The notes: a model not told the origin generated them from the letters alone. 64,000 nt of DNA from Cyanobacteria bacterium P01_A01_bin.123 (GCA_039815185.1 JBCBZT010000018.1:66994-130993), one strand, 5' to 3'; shown: positions 52,485 to 62,436, counted from the stretch's first letter. Made by a program: numbers and translations.

Positions 52485-52734
52485 AACAGCAGCACCCCTT
52501 CAAATACAGGGGTTTACACACTGCCGGAACCCAACAAAGGGCGGTGCCATCCAGCTTCTACACTCCGAAGTTACGCATTCAACTCATCCGCTTCAGGAGC
52601 GTAGCACTCATTTACTGCCTGTCGTGGCAGAACCGTTTTGCCCTACTAATGCCCATCTCCAATGGAAAACGTTCCAATGGGTGATCTCAGGTTCAGGCAA
52701 ACCTCTCCGAGGGGTCTATCCTCTTCAATGAGTT
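52485..52734 (-). ncRNA. T-box riboswitch, Asp specifier, ultra-short Stem I
   Basis: K-turn plus GAGG/CCTC stem with GAC in the loop; Stem II GAA/AGTA; Stem III; antiterminator GCTGGA-TGGCACC-GCCC...GGGT-TCCGGC; competing 3' hairpin. Confidence 0.82.
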
Positions 52735-52740
52735 GGGCCA

Positions 52741-52749
52741 ATTCTAGCA
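52741..52749 (-). promoter_or_regulatory. Extended -10 promoter for the T-box leader
   Basis: TGcTAGAAT ending about 7 nt upstream of the Stem I base. Confidence 0.55.
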
Positions 52750-52901
52750 AAACCGCTTTCAGAAAAAAGTACCCGCTTGGGTCACATGATTGACCCAACT
52801 TTTTGTCGCATCTCGATCTCAAAAATTTCGGACCTAAACCTTGTCTTCTCAGCGGGCTTTAAACGCTGGGTAATCGGCTGGTTTTTTCTGGATGATGTTG
52901 C

Positions 52902-53318
52902 TCAGTTGTAGAGCATAAAATTTCTGCCGATTCCAATTGTTTTGAAGGTTCTCCCAGGTAATTCTGTGGTGTAAATGCTAAAGACGCCAAAGTTTTGGCG
53001 TTCGGTTGAGGTATCAATCACCAGTTTCACGGCACCGCGACCGATGAAGTCTGCACTGCCAACAAAGGAGCGGCATAAATCCCGGGTGGGTAGCGTTAAG
53101 ACATCGCCCACCTCGATGTCATCCTCGAATTCGTTACAATCCTGCTTAAGCTCTTTCAAGAGCCGTTCAGAAGCGTAGTCAACATAGGCGGATTTGCCGG
53201 GATTGGTGACGATCAGAGCAGTCGTGCCAATCAGCACCCCACCTGCGATCGCTAGAATCCACCTTTTCTGAGCTAGTGTACGAAATTTAGCAGAAATAGT
53301 CATGCTATCAACAGCCAT
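52902..53318 (-). CDS. DUF4359-like protein
   Basis: TNPGKSAYVDYA...TERQNFGVFSIYTT...TIGIG.NF. Confidence 0.7.
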   Translation of the reverse strand: MAVDSMTISAKFRTLAQKRWILAIAGGVLIGTTALIVTNPGKSAYVDYASERLLKELKQDCNEFEDDIEVGDVLTLPTRDLCRSFVGSADFIGRGAVKLVIDTSTERQNFGVFSIYTTELPGRTFKTIGIGRNFMLYN

Positions 53319-53416
53319 AGCTGCGTCTCACTGTCCCATTACATGTTTTCGTTAACGATGGATACAGGGTTAGCAACGGCGTTTCTGCAAAATTGGGTCG
53401 TAAAGCACTGGTAGCT

Positions 53417-53437
53417 GTAGGGTGGGCACTGTCCATC
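53417..53437 (+). repeat. Degenerate GTAG-type REP
   Basis: GTAGGGTGGGCACTGTCCATC. Confidence 0.55.
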
Positions 53438-53573
53438 AGCCTTAATTCAGCGCCATTCGCCCCGATATAGCGCGATCGTTCAAATCCGTAATCCTAGCTC
53501 GCCACTACTTTCCATCAATTGAATTGAATCCACGCAGCGTATAGCCCTCTGCAACAAGAGGGTCGATTTAGCC

Positions 53574-54278
53574 ATGCCATTAAACACAACAATTCCCACA
53601 TTAGACCGCTGGAGAACCGCTCCCAGTATCGATACACTTCGCTTGATCTAAGATGCATCTGCCTATCAATGGCAGGGCAATTTGGCCCGTCTGGGTCAGC
53701 TCCACGATTATCAGCTGCTGTTTGCCAGTCAGGCCGTGCGCGATCGCTTGAGTCATCTTGACCAGACGTCTCACATTCTCGATTGCGGGGTAGGAACAGG
53801 AGCCTTCAGTCTTGTGCTTTTAGAAAGTGTCAATCAGCCAACTCATGTCGCCGGCGTCGATATTTCCTACCCCATGTTGACCTACGCCCAACAGATTCTA
53901 GAAAATCGCTGCCCGACTCTCGATCTGAGATGGGGGGATATCAGGCGCTTGCCCTTTGCCGATGAATCCTTCGACGCGGTCATATTCGCCCATGTTTTGG
54001 AGCACATGGCCGAACCCGTAGAAACTTTGCGTGAGATGGTTCGAGTCCTGAAACCGGGTGCCCCTTTAATTGGCTCAGTGACTCGCAAAGGGCTGGGTCA
54101 AGTCCTCATGTCCCTGCGCTGGCACAATCGCGGATACGCCTCCAACCAGTTGAACGCTTTTCTGCAAGCAGCAGAACTTGAGGCAGTGAGGTCGTTTGAC
54201 TATGGTACTGGCTGGTCGAAATGGATGTGCATAGCCACGATCGGTGTTAAGCCAAGGATAGAGATCAAAGCATTATGA
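53574..54278 (+). pseudogene. Pseudogenised duplicate of the 49047 methyltransferase
   Basis: TAC to TAA at codon 26 (53649-53651); 1-bp insertion near the 3' end. Confidence 0.8.
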
Positions 54279-54282
54279 AAGA

Positions 54283-54426
54283 GTGTCCGCTGTCGTGTTG
54301 ATTGGGTACGTCAAGGCTTAACCTACAGGCCATTGCCAATCAAAATAAACGGTGCCCGCTGCAATGTTGACTGGGCCCGTCAAGGCTCAATCTACAAACC
54401 GTTGCCGATCAAAATAAACGGTGCCC
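54283..54426. repeat. Diverged 69-bp tandem duplication containing the CHAT gene 3' end
   Basis: Units 54283-54351 and 54352-54420; both minus-strand copies encode APFILIGNGL*. Confidence 0.8.
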
Positions 54427-56926
54427 AGTAATAGGGATGGCCGAGGGTATCGCGGGCTTCTGAAGCGCTTCTGCCGCCTTCAAAGCGAATTTCAATGCCT
54501 GCCCGCTGATCACTAAAGACGGTCTCGTCACCGTTGATTAAAGCAATTTGTGCCCACCGGAGTGCTTCAGCTTTGCTCATCCCTTGGTCTAGGGCGGTGT
54601 AAAAGGCGTTCATCAGCACTTGGGTACCGCCATCGCTGACTTGCCAAAGCGAGGCGATTGTGGCCCGAGCGCCCGCCCGTTGAAACTGGTAACCCAAGCC
54701 CAAAATTTCGGTACCGTCTGCTAAAACTCCGCCCACGCCCGTTTCACAGGCGCTGAGTACCACCAGGTCTACATTGCTCAACGACCAATTGCGGACATCT
54801 GCCAATGTTGGCGTTTCGCCATTGCCAAAGAGGATAAAGGAGAGGGTCGGATCGCCAGGGACAAAGGCGGCATGGGTGGCAAAATGGACGATGGTGTGGT
54901 CATCCATGCGGGGGCTAACGGCCTCTAGGCTAAATGCCTGGTCTAATAGCAGGGTGTGGTTGGGGCGATCGCCTGTAAGCAGCGCTACCTCCTGCCCCGC
55001 GAAGGGCAACCCCCGCAGTTGAGTGGTTTGGTTCCCAATCTCGACAGAGTAGGCCAGGTCTGTATTGGTAAAGGCAGCGGCGAAGATTGCGGGTTGGCGG
55101 CTCGTTTGAGCGTCTAGGTCATGTAAGGAACGGGCTGTAATTGTATTGATCGGGTAGCGTTCGGCTAGCCATTGATTGCCGTCATGGAGCGCGGCCAGCG
55201 GGATGTAACGTAACTGACCATCCGGTGCGTACAAAATAGTGGTGATGCCAGCCGTTTCGAGATCATTGGCTAGGGGCGCGATTAGCCACTGGTAGAGCTG
55301 TTGAGCGGTGGGTTGGGGATTGCTGTTGGGATCGTCTAGATCGCTGCGGAAGGTTTGGATGGTGCGGTGTAGTTCGGAGCGGCCGACTGACACAGTGTGC
55401 CTGATGGGCGGGGATTGGGGGGTCGTAATAATCAGCTCCAGGCGATCTTCAAGAATCAGGGGATAAATAATCGCCGCATTGAGTTCTTTGAGATCATCCC
55501 GCAGGGCATTCAAATCATCTGGATTCAGGCTTTGTCGCCTGGATCTGTCACTGAGTTCATCTAATCGAGCTTGGATTTCAGGGCTATCAATAAAATCGTT
55601 GAATTCACGATTGATTGCGGCTTGGCGGGCAACGAGTTCAGCAATCCGATCTGTTTGCTGTTGAGTCCGCTGATCGGGGGGGATGGCCCGTAATTCTGCA
55701 AGTTCACGACCAATGGCGATCGCGTCTGCAAGTGATTCTTGATGCGCCTCTAAAATCTCTTGTTCCGCCTGGAGCAGGGTGACGGGTTGGTTAGCCCCAC
55801 GAGTGCTGGCAGGAACAGTTTCATCCCGCTGGCTGGGGTCACCCCTTTCGCCAGTTTCATCAGTTTCATTGCGGTCGTCGTTTTCACCCTCAAGCCAATC
55901 TTCAATTTCTGATTCAACCGCTTCATCAACGCCCCCAGGGACGTTGGGTAAATCGATATCGGGGATAACGTCACCTAGCCCAATGGCAATGATGGCAGTA
56001 GCGCCTTGATTTTGGGTTCTAGCATCAGCGACTTGAACCGAGTTTGCTTTGAGACTGGCACTGGCATACTGCTGCGGACTACTGTGACGAGCGACACGCA
56101 TTTCAGCAACGGGGTCAGAAATGCTCAGATAATTAGCGGCTTCCCAGACTCGAAAGCTGTCTACCACTTCCAAAGCCTCGGCAATCCGGCCTTGTTCTAG
56201 CAAAGTTTCGGCTAAGGCGCGATAGGTGGGCTCGACTTCAGATCGGGGGGGATTCTCAACCGTCGGATCCAAACGGGCCTGTTCGTAGGTTTCGACTGCG
56301 CCCTTGAAGAAAGTCGTTGCCAGTTCAAAATTGCTCGCTTCGACAAAGAAAAAGCCCAAACCTCTCAACGCTCCGCCAGGGGTTGTGGTTTCATAAACCG
56401 GAGCCGCCGGAGGCAGATCTGAAGGTGATGTTTCGGGCGGTGACGTTCCAGGTTCGGTGACAACGACTTCTTCGCTGCTGGTGTCGTTGAGTTTGGCAGT
56501 TTGGCAAATCTCTGAGAGCGACCGGCTGTATTCTGCGACGACTTCCGGGGGTAGGGGGATGGTTTCCGTGACGCCATCCAAGGTGTAGGTCACTGTATCG
56601 CTGGCATAAGTCAGCGTATAGCTGCCCTCACCCGATTCTGTGGTGACGAAGTGCCATTCCTGGGTGGCGCAATCTGCGAAAGCTTCAAAGTTTGCGCCGT
56701 CAGCGCTGTAGCTCCAATAAACCCATCGATTGGAGAGGACTTGAGATCGATAGTTGCCTGAACCCGCACCACTGGGATCGACATATTGATAGTCGAACTG
56801 GTTGGTGACATTGTTGCGATCGGCTTGTGAGGGTAGGTCAGCAGATGCCGGTAAGGTCAGGCCAATCACAATAGCGCTGCTGGTGAGCATGCTGCTCCAT
56901 AAGGAGTATTGGCAAGCGCTAGACAT
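54392..56926 (-). CDS. Secreted CHAT-domain (caspase-like) protein
   Basis: Signal-like N-terminus; HFATHA, LVVLSACETG, ASLWQVSD, HPYYWAPFILIGN. Confidence 0.9.
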   Translation of the reverse strand: MSSACQYSLWSSMLTSSAIVIGLTLPASADLPSQADRNNVTNQFDYQYVDPSGAGSGNYRSQVLSNRWVYWSYSADGANFEAFADCATQEWHFVTTESGEGSYTLTYASDTVTYTLDGVTETIPLPPEVVAEYSRSLSEICQTAKLNDTSSEEVVVTEPGTSPPETSPSDLPPAAPVYETTTPGGALRGLGFFFVEASNFELATTFFKGAVETYEQARLDPTVENPPRSEVEPTYRALAETLLEQGRIAEALEVVDSFRVWEAANYLSISDPVAEMRVARHSSPQQYASASLKANSVQVADARTQNQGATAIIAIGLGDVIPDIDLPNVPGGVDEAVESEIEDWLEGENDDRNETDETGERGDPSQRDETVPASTRGANQPVTLLQAEQEILEAHQESLADAIAIGRELAELRAIPPDQRTQQQTDRIAELVARQAAINREFNDFIDSPEIQARLDELSDRSRRQSLNPDDLNALRDDLKELNAAIIYPLILEDRLELIITTPQSPPIRHTVSVGRSELHRTIQTFRSDLDDPNSNPQPTAQQLYQWLIAPLANDLETAGITTILYAPDGQLRYIPLAALHDGNQWLAERYPINTITARSLHDLDAQTSRQPAIFAAAFTNTDLAYSVEIGNQTTQLRGLPFAGQEVALLTGDRPNHTLLLDQAFSLEAVSPRMDDHTIVHFATHAAFVPGDPTLSFILFGNGETPTLADVRNWSLSNVDLVVLSACETGVGGVLADGTEILGLGYQFQRAGARATIASLWQVSDGGTQVLMNAFYTALDQGMSKAEALRWAQIALINGDETVFSDQRAGIEIRFEGGRSASEARDTLGHPYYWAPFILIGNGL

Positions 56927-57100
56927 TGAGAGTGTTCCTTTCCTAGGGATCGATTGAGTGGAGTTGAGGCATCAATGGGTTTGTGGGGTGGATGGATGGG
57001 TAGGGGCCACAACTTATCCAGATTATTTCAAACAGGTTATGGCTGAATCCAGAATTGTGAGACAAAATTTTAGATTCCCCATGGCTAATCCTTAGCCTGA

Positions 57101-58039
57101 TTAGGGATTTAAGCAAGCTTCAAGGGTAGATACGACTGATTCGCTCAGAGATGGGTAGTCATAGCCCCCTTCAAGCCCAAACAAGACCTTTGGCGTTAAG
57201 GCTAAGCAATAGCGGGTAAAGTGCCCATAATCTTGGGGTCGCAGGGCAACATGGGCCAGTGGGTCGGCATGGTTAGCATCATAGCCAGCGCTGACTAACA
57301 GCATATCTGGGGCAGCATTTTTTAGGAAGGGAATGACCTTTTCCTCAAAGATGGGTTGATAGTCAGCAAAGGTGCTGTCTGGAGGCATGGGTAGGTTCAA
57401 AATGTTTTCATAAAACCCTTGTTCTGAGGCGGCTCCCGTACCGGGATAACAGGGGGACTGATGTAATGAGCAATAGACGATGTTACGGTTCATTTCGACT
57501 AGGTCTTGGGTACCGTTACCGTGGTGGACATCCCAATCTAAAATCGCAACCCGATTGATGCCAGGCTGCTTTAAAGCGTAGTGAGCCGCGATCGCCGCAT
57601 TAGAAAATAGACAAAACCCCATGCCGCGATCGCGCACGGCATGATGTCCCGGTGGGCGCGCCAAGACAAAACCGGGATGGGAATTTTCAAGCACTGCATC
57701 AACCCCGTCTAACCAAGCGCTGACGGCGAGTAATGCCACATCGTAGCTAGCAGCCGAGACCACCGTGTCTCCGTCGATGTGACCGCCCCCTTGGTCGCAT
57801 AGCGTTTTAAGACCCGCAACGTATTTAGGATTGTGTAACTGGGTGACCCAATCCAGCACATCGCCTCGGGTTTGAAGGGCTGTGGGCGATCGCCAATCGA
57901 TTTGATCGGCCCACGCCATTGATTTCAGAACCTTGACGACCGCCGTCAACCGCCCTGGATTCTCAGGGTGATAGCGACCTGTATCGTGGGCTAGAAAACG
58001 ATCGGAGTAAAAAAGTGAAACACGAGGAGACATGAGCAA
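57101..58039 (-). CDS. Histone deacetylase family protein
   Basis: HPENPGRL, RPPGHHA, DWDVHHGNGTQ, SAGYD, LEGGY. Confidence 0.93.
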   Translation of the reverse strand: MLMSPRVSLFYSDRFLAHDTGRYHPENPGRLTAVVKVLKSMAWADQIDWRSPTALQTRGDVLDWVTQLHNPKYVAGLKTLCDQGGGHIDGDTVVSAASYDVALLAVSAWLDGVDAVLENSHPGFVLARPPGHHAVRDRGMGFCLFSNAAIAAHYALKQPGINRVAILDWDVHHGNGTQDLVEMNRNIVYCSLHQSPCYPGTGAASEQGFYENILNLPMPPDSTFADYQPIFEEKVIPFLKNAAPDMLLVSAGYDANHADPLAHVALRPQDYGHFTRYCLALTPKVLFGLEGGYDYPSLSESVVSTLEACLNP

Positions 58040-58155
58040 GATATGCAGATGAGTGGGGTCTAATCTTTGTTATAGACCAAGACTCAATTCAATTATGTTT
58101 TGACAAACAAGGGTCAATGGCCCCACCCCAACAACTTCCAGGGGCGTAAGGTGTA

Positions 58156-60225
58156 TCAGATGCCGCTTGGCCGACGATCAACCCCGACGTTGGTATCTTC
58201 AACGAGTGTGACTTGAATAACTTGGTTGGGTTCAATGATGACGGTCTGGGGTGAAACAGCGTAGGTGGTTGCGGCACCCAAGGCGGCTCCCCCAATCAAA
58301 CCAACGCCTGTGAAGCCGGTGAGTATGGTCAAGGCGGCTGCGCCGATGCCTGAGTTGCGCAATAAGGAATTTTCTGAAACTTCAGGATCACCAATGATGG
58401 CTTCAGATTGTGCTGAGATAGGAATATTCTGGCCTTGTAAACTCAACGCCTGAGTCACGAAGGTGCGGTTAGTGCCATCCGTTTCAAACCGGCCAATGAC
58501 TAAGGTTCCCCTGGGCAAGACAATATTGCCCGTCTGAGCACTACGCACATCTTGGTTCAAGACTAAAACCTCTTGTAGCGGCTCTGTCCCCGTCACCACC
58601 AAAGGCCGACTGTGAGTATAAGCCAGCGGTAGGGTTGTGCCAGCGGTCAGTAAAGCCTCGGCAAAAGGCGTGACAGGAGATGTCGGGTTGAGCGATCGCA
58701 GCTGGGCGTCTCCCCCATTGGTTGTAGGCCCATTGTCTGTTGGTAAAGGTTGCCCAAAGGGAATGGTGGGGGCTGCTTCAGCGTTGGGCTGGGGTGTTGG
58801 TGTAGGCGTTGCTACCGGGGGAGCAGGCGGTTCTGCTGGCGTTACCTCAGGCTCCTCCAAAAACGGTGGAGTTTCGGGGAGTGGGGTTGTTGCTGGCTCA
58901 GACGTCGTATTTGGGCTGGCGGCTGGCGGTGCGACATCGGCTTCAGGATTATCGCTAGGGTCAATCTCTGGTGCAGGTGTCTCAGGGGTGGGTTCAGTCA
59001 AACTAGGTGTAGGGGCCTCAGAGGTCGGCTCAGTTAAATCGGGCAAAGGCTCTGTCGCACCTGTCGGAGCAGGTGGAGATGTGGCGGTTGCCGTTGGGGG
59101 TGACGGATTAGGTTCATCTACGGTCTCAGTTTCTACTGGGGCAACAGCAACAGCCTCTGGGTCGGTGTTTGGAGTCGCGCTTAAGTCTGGGGTCGCGGGT
59201 TCTGGTAGATTGAGTGCTGCGCTCTCTTCGTTGAGGGTTGTCCCAGCTAAAAACGGAGGCATCGTGGGTGCCGCTTCAGCCACCTCTGCGATTGCTGGCC
59301 CTGTCGGTTCAACCGCAATCGGCACACTATTCTCAGCTTCTTCAGGGGTAATTGCTAAACTGTCATCTTGTTCAGGCTGATTTGCAACTGAATCTAAGGC
59401 TGCCGCTGGATTTGAGGCCGTACTGGTGTCATTAGCTGATGGATTGCCATCATCGAGCGGTGGCACAGTCACGTCAGGTGCAGCTGTAGGCGGTGCTGCG
59501 TCTGTACTGGCTAATGGCGGTACGCTGACTGTAGGGCCACTTTCTGTAGGCTCTCCGGTGGAGACACCCGGTAGCGCATCGGGATTGCTATCAGCATTGG
59601 AATTATTCAGTCCTTCTGCCAAGGTTAGCAGGCTGTTTTGGTTAACTTCTGCCAGAGGTACGCCTGGATCTTCTTCAGAAAACTGCATAGCGGGCGTAGG
59701 GTCTGCCAAAGCTGGATCATCAGCCATTTGAGCTGCTACAGGCATGCCATCGGGGACAGCACTAGGTGCGGTGTCCGCTAATAACGGTTGCAGCACCCAG
59801 CGGGTTTGGGTCTCCCCTATCACTTGTTCGAGCTGTGCCTGCTGCGGGTCTAATACTGTATTGGGGGCGAGCTCTATCACAATCCGAGTAGAGCGATTGT
59901 CGAATTGTGCGATCCGAATACTTGTGATGGCTCCAGAGTAGGTTTGCTGAGTGGGGACGTTACCCACTTCAGTATTGGGAATATCTAAGACAATTCGCGT
60001 GGGTTCGGCCAGCAAGAAATATCGCGGGGTGACGCCATTGGGTAGCATGACTTGCAATTGGCGTGTGGCTGGGTCAAAAGCCCAATTGGACAGCACTGTT
60101 GCTTGAGCAGGGTGAGCGATCGCAGCAACAGTCGCGATCGCCAAAGGGATAGCCCCCACCCCGCTACTGCCTAATATCATCTGCATCGACAACCCAAGAC
60201 CGACGGCAACTTTCCTGCTGTTCAT
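58156..60225 (-). CDS. AMIN-domain Pro/Thr-rich envelope protein
   Basis: Signal peptide, EPTRIVLDIP AMIN domain, long PT-rich linker, Gly-rich hydrophobic C-terminal segment. Confidence 0.8.
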   Translation of the reverse strand: MNSRKVAVGLGLSMQMILGSSGVGAIPLAIATVAAIAHPAQATVLSNWAFDPATRQLQVMLPNGVTPRYFLLAEPTRIVLDIPNTEVGNVPTQQTYSGAITSIRIAQFDNRSTRIVIELAPNTVLDPQQAQLEQVIGETQTRWVLQPLLADTAPSAVPDGMPVAAQMADDPALADPTPAMQFSEEDPGVPLAEVNQNSLLTLAEGLNNSNADSNPDALPGVSTGEPTESGPTVSVPPLASTDAAPPTAAPDVTVPPLDDGNPSANDTSTASNPAAALDSVANQPEQDDSLAITPEEAENSVPIAVEPTGPAIAEVAEAAPTMPPFLAGTTLNEESAALNLPEPATPDLSATPNTDPEAVAVAPVETETVDEPNPSPPTATATSPPAPTGATEPLPDLTEPTSEAPTPSLTEPTPETPAPEIDPSDNPEADVAPPAASPNTTSEPATTPLPETPPFLEEPEVTPAEPPAPPVATPTPTPQPNAEAAPTIPFGQPLPTDNGPTTNGGDAQLRSLNPTSPVTPFAEALLTAGTTLPLAYTHSRPLVVTGTEPLQEVLVLNQDVRSAQTGNIVLPRGTLVIGRFETDGTNRTFVTQALSLQGQNIPISAQSEAIIGDPEVSENSLLRNSGIGAAALTILTGFTGVGLIGGAALGAATTYAVSPQTVIIEPNQVIQVTLVEDTNVGVDRRPSGI

Positions 60226-60484
60226 GATTCAACTCAGTCTGTACTTGCTTCCGTTTGGCCTATAGGATACGTCCAATTCTCGAAAATGGACACCCAACAG
60301 ACACTAAATCTAAACCACGTCTAGTTCAGGATGTGGTGTTTCCCATCCGCAAAACTCCAGCTCTGGACGCGGACAGGGTTAAAAACCAGATTTTCCAATT
60401 TGTTTAAGCAACTAACCCCAGCAACAGAACAAAAATTGCTCATTATATAAAGGATGAACATCCCTTAACTTAGGTGCGATTCAG

Positions 60485-60580
60485 ATGGAATTCCATGAAT
60501 TGGCAACATTATTGCTGCTGCTCAGCCCTGGTTTGCTGCTTTCTGTCTTAGTCATGGCGGCTTTTGCCGCTGGTGGTTAA
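60485..60580 (+). CDS. 31-aa single-TM microprotein (Norf4-like)
   Basis: MEFHELATLLLLLSPGLLLSVLVMAAFAAGG*; below the ORF-track size cut-off. Confidence 0.6.
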   Translation: MEFHELATLLLLLSPGLLLSVLVMAAFAAGG

Positions 60581-60695
60581 GGTTGTATTGCCAAGATTTA
60601 GTCCAGGCTCATAGGCTATGCAGGGCATTGTAAGGGCTTAGATAGGGTTTGTATGGGTTTGTATTAGGTCGATCGACGTTAGAAGAGGATTACCT

Positions 60696-61277
60696 GTGGT
60701 CAAGACTGCTTCAACCATGTTGCCCTTGGGAACACCCGCGCCTGACTTCCAATTACCCGATGTGGTCTCGGGGAAAATGATTACGCTTGCCGATTTTGCT
60801 GGTAAGCAGGCGTTGCTGATCATGTTCATCTGTCAGCACTGTCCATTTGTGAAACATGTTCAGGTAGAGCTAGCCAATTTGGGTCAGGACTATGTTCCCA
60901 AAGGGATCGGAGTCCTGGCGATTAGTGCGAATAGTGTTAAAACCCATCCGGCTGATAGTCCTGAAAATCTCAAAGCGATGGCTGTTGAGTTGGGGTTTAA
61001 CTTTCCTTACTGCTATGACGAGAGTCAGGAAACGGCAAAGCAATACACGGCTGCCTGTACCCCGGACTTCTTTTTGTTTGACAGCACTCTGAAATTGGCT
61101 TATCGCGGCCAGCTTGACGAGAGCCGTCCCGGCAATGGCAAGCCAGTCACAGGGCAAGATTTGAGGGCTGCGATGGATGGATTGCTGGCTGGGGACAGCC
61201 TTGATCCTAACCAAGTGCCCAGTATCGGGTGCAATATCAAGTGGACACCCGGCAATGAACCTGCCTACTTTGGCTAG
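60696..61277 (+). CDS. Thioredoxin-family/AhpC-TSA protein
   Basis: FICQHCPFV, AACTPDFF, YRGQLD, SIGCNIKW. Confidence 0.9.
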   Translation: MVKTASTMLPLGTPAPDFQLPDVVSGKMITLADFAGKQALLIMFICQHCPFVKHVQVELANLGQDYVPKGIGVLAISANSVKTHPADSPENLKAMAVELGFNFPYCYDESQETAKQYTAACTPDFFLFDSTLKLAYRGQLDESRPGNGKPVTGQDLRAAMDGLLAGDSLDPNQVPSIGCNIKWTPGNEPAYFG

Positions 61278-61558
61278 CAATTGAGCGTGTGGCGATCGCT
61301 TCATGTTCAGCTCAATAATGCTGTTGGCTTGCCGCTGGATTTACCTGCCTGACGCTTCTCAATAGGAATCTTTGCCTGATAATTCTGTCTCCTGACTTGT
61401 GGATTCTGAATTCCAAGGAAATCATTTTCCAGCTTTGAGTGCGTAGGCTTAGAATGGGCCAATCCTATGCAAAGATAGTAAGGCTGTAAGTTTGTTGTGG
61501 GCGAATAAGGGGCCGCTATGGGCGTTGTCTACTTAGTAACCCACGCTTAAATATTGCT

Positions 61559-61798
61559 ATGAAAGTCGGCGATCGCGTTCGTGTTATTAGCTCAATTACG
61601 TTTTATCATCATCCCCTCCATCGCAATCAACCCTTCGATGCCAGTGGGCTTGAAGGGACGGTGATCGCGATTCTCAAAGATTGGCACGGCCGAAAAATCA
61701 GCGCTAACTTTCCAGTACACGTTGAATTTCCGACTGAAGGCGCAAAGCGCAACTTTAAAGCCCATTTGATAGCAAGTGAGCTAGAAGTTATTGACTAG
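61559..61798 (+). CDS. ftrV: Ferredoxin-thioredoxin reductase variable chain
   Basis: MKVGDRVRV....YHHP.HRNQPFD, ISANFP, FKAHL...EL. Confidence 0.9.
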   Translation: MKVGDRVRVISSITFYHHPLHRNQPFDASGLEGTVIAILKDWHGRKISANFPVHVEFPTEGAKRNFKAHLIASELEVID

Positions 61799-61811
61799 CG
61801 ATGAAGCCTGG

Positions 61812-62312
61812 TTAAGGGCAATACAAGGTTTCACGGGTTTTCCGGCCCGTCTCTGGATTGATACCCTGTGCGACTTCACACAATAAGTCATTGGTTCTTG
61901 GATCTAAGGACACGTCGGTAAAGTCGGCCCCATCGATTACGGCTTTTCGAAAGTCGGTGTCAAAGGCATACGCCCCTTCTAAAAGGGCATCAGTCAAGTT
62001 CGCCCGAATAAAGCGAGCACCATCTAACGTCGCAAACCGTAAATCAGCCGCTTCTAAGTTTGCTTTGGTCAGGGTGGTGTCAAACATGCGCACACCTTGC
62101 AAATTGGCGTGACTCAAATTGGCTTCGAACATATCGGCCCGTGTGAAATCATCACCCCGTAAATCTTGATAGGAAAAATCAGACTGCCTCAAACTTTGCC
62201 GATCAAAGCTTTCAGCAAATAAGGGAGTGGTGAGGCTTAACCAGGCGATCGCGATCGCGATCAAACCCATACCCCATCGTAAAACCCGCTGCCAATTCGA
62301 TGAAACGCCCAT
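61812..62312 (-). CDS. Pentapeptide-repeat protein
   Basis: A(N/D)L repeats; GADFTD...LC..A.G.NP.TG..TRETL.C. Confidence 0.9.
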   Translation of the reverse strand: MGVSSNWQRVLRWGMGLIAIAIAWLSLTTPLFAESFDRQSLRQSDFSYQDLRGDDFTRADMFEANLSHANLQGVRMFDTTLTKANLEAADLRFATLDGARFIRANLTDALLEGAYAFDTDFRKAVIDGADFTDVSLDPRTNDLLCEVAQGINPETGRKTRETLYCP

Positions 62313-62402
62313 CGTTAATTCACTGACTCAGTTGTCTTATTATGCCTGTTTGATCCTACTGGAATTTTGCCCTTGAATCTGAAAAACGCTGACTTCGAGC
62401 GC

Positions 62403-62436
62403 AAAAAGGCTCCTGCCGAAGTTCGGCAGGAGCCTT
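62403..62436 (-). terminator. Intrinsic terminator of psbDC
   Basis: AAGGCTCCTGCCGAA / TTCGGCAGGAGCCTT inverted repeat ending in a T run on the minus strand. Confidence 0.8.

Noticed and set aside
58637..59380. 247-aa Gly/Val/Ser-rich ORF on the + strand
   Set aside because: Antisense shadow of the Pro/Thr-rich linker of the AMIN protein.
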